NCBI GenBank assembly: GCA_049999805.1
Contig: JBNGIO010005494.1
Coordinates: 62,001 to 82,314 of the forward strand
DNA from: Folioceros fuciformis
Taxonomy: Eukaryota
Direction of reading: 5' to 3'
Length of the DNA stretch: 20,314 nt
Part shown: in pieces, positions 20,231-20,314 of the stretch
How the letters are laid out: every line of letters begins with the position of its first letter
How positions within the stretch are numbered: the first letter of the stretch is position 1
Notes under the pieces: model-generated
Databases searched by the model: none
Told to the model about the DNA's origin: nothing
Seen by the model: only the letters and a program-made list of their open reading frames with translations
Translations under genes and position numbers: made by a program

Positions 20231-20314
20231 AATTGTGAGCGCATCTCTTACGACTGGCGGGTTCTAGGGTTAAGGGTTGCAGTGAGCGGGGGTGTGGTCC
20301 ATCACATGTGGGAG

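Noticed and set aside
1-20314. CRISPR array, tRNA/rRNA genes or a prokaryotic operon
   Set aside because: No regularly spaced repeat-spacer units or RNA gene signatures were seen. Spliceosomal introns and LTR elements show a eukaryotic nuclear origin.

Overview
Eukaryotic, plant-lineage genomic DNA with short spliceosomal introns and TTTAGGG telo-motifs. The species cannot be determined from the sequence. Bases 1-5.9 kb hold a tandem cluster of malectin-like/LRR receptor-like kinases (LRR-I type). The first gene has an open spliced frame but is a pseudokinase (HRD->HGK, DFG->GFH, broken Gly-loop) and uses a GC-AG intron. The second paralog is split by a 10-N assembly gap, and a third survives as a one-exon relic. 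Bases 6.1-20.3 kb are a nested transposon graveyard. It contains a near-complete but mutated Ty1/copia element (9812-15896, minus strand) with an extra 5' ORF and a small antisense 3' ORF, inserted into a degenerate ~175-bp tandem repeat. It also contains fragments of an old Ty3/gypsy element, and six termini of one DNA-transposon family with TATGG...CCATA ends. One copy is a complete 392-bp MITE with 22-bp perfect TIRs and a 6-bp TSD, which matches the IS3EU signature. All calls come from manual reading and translation; no database search was run.
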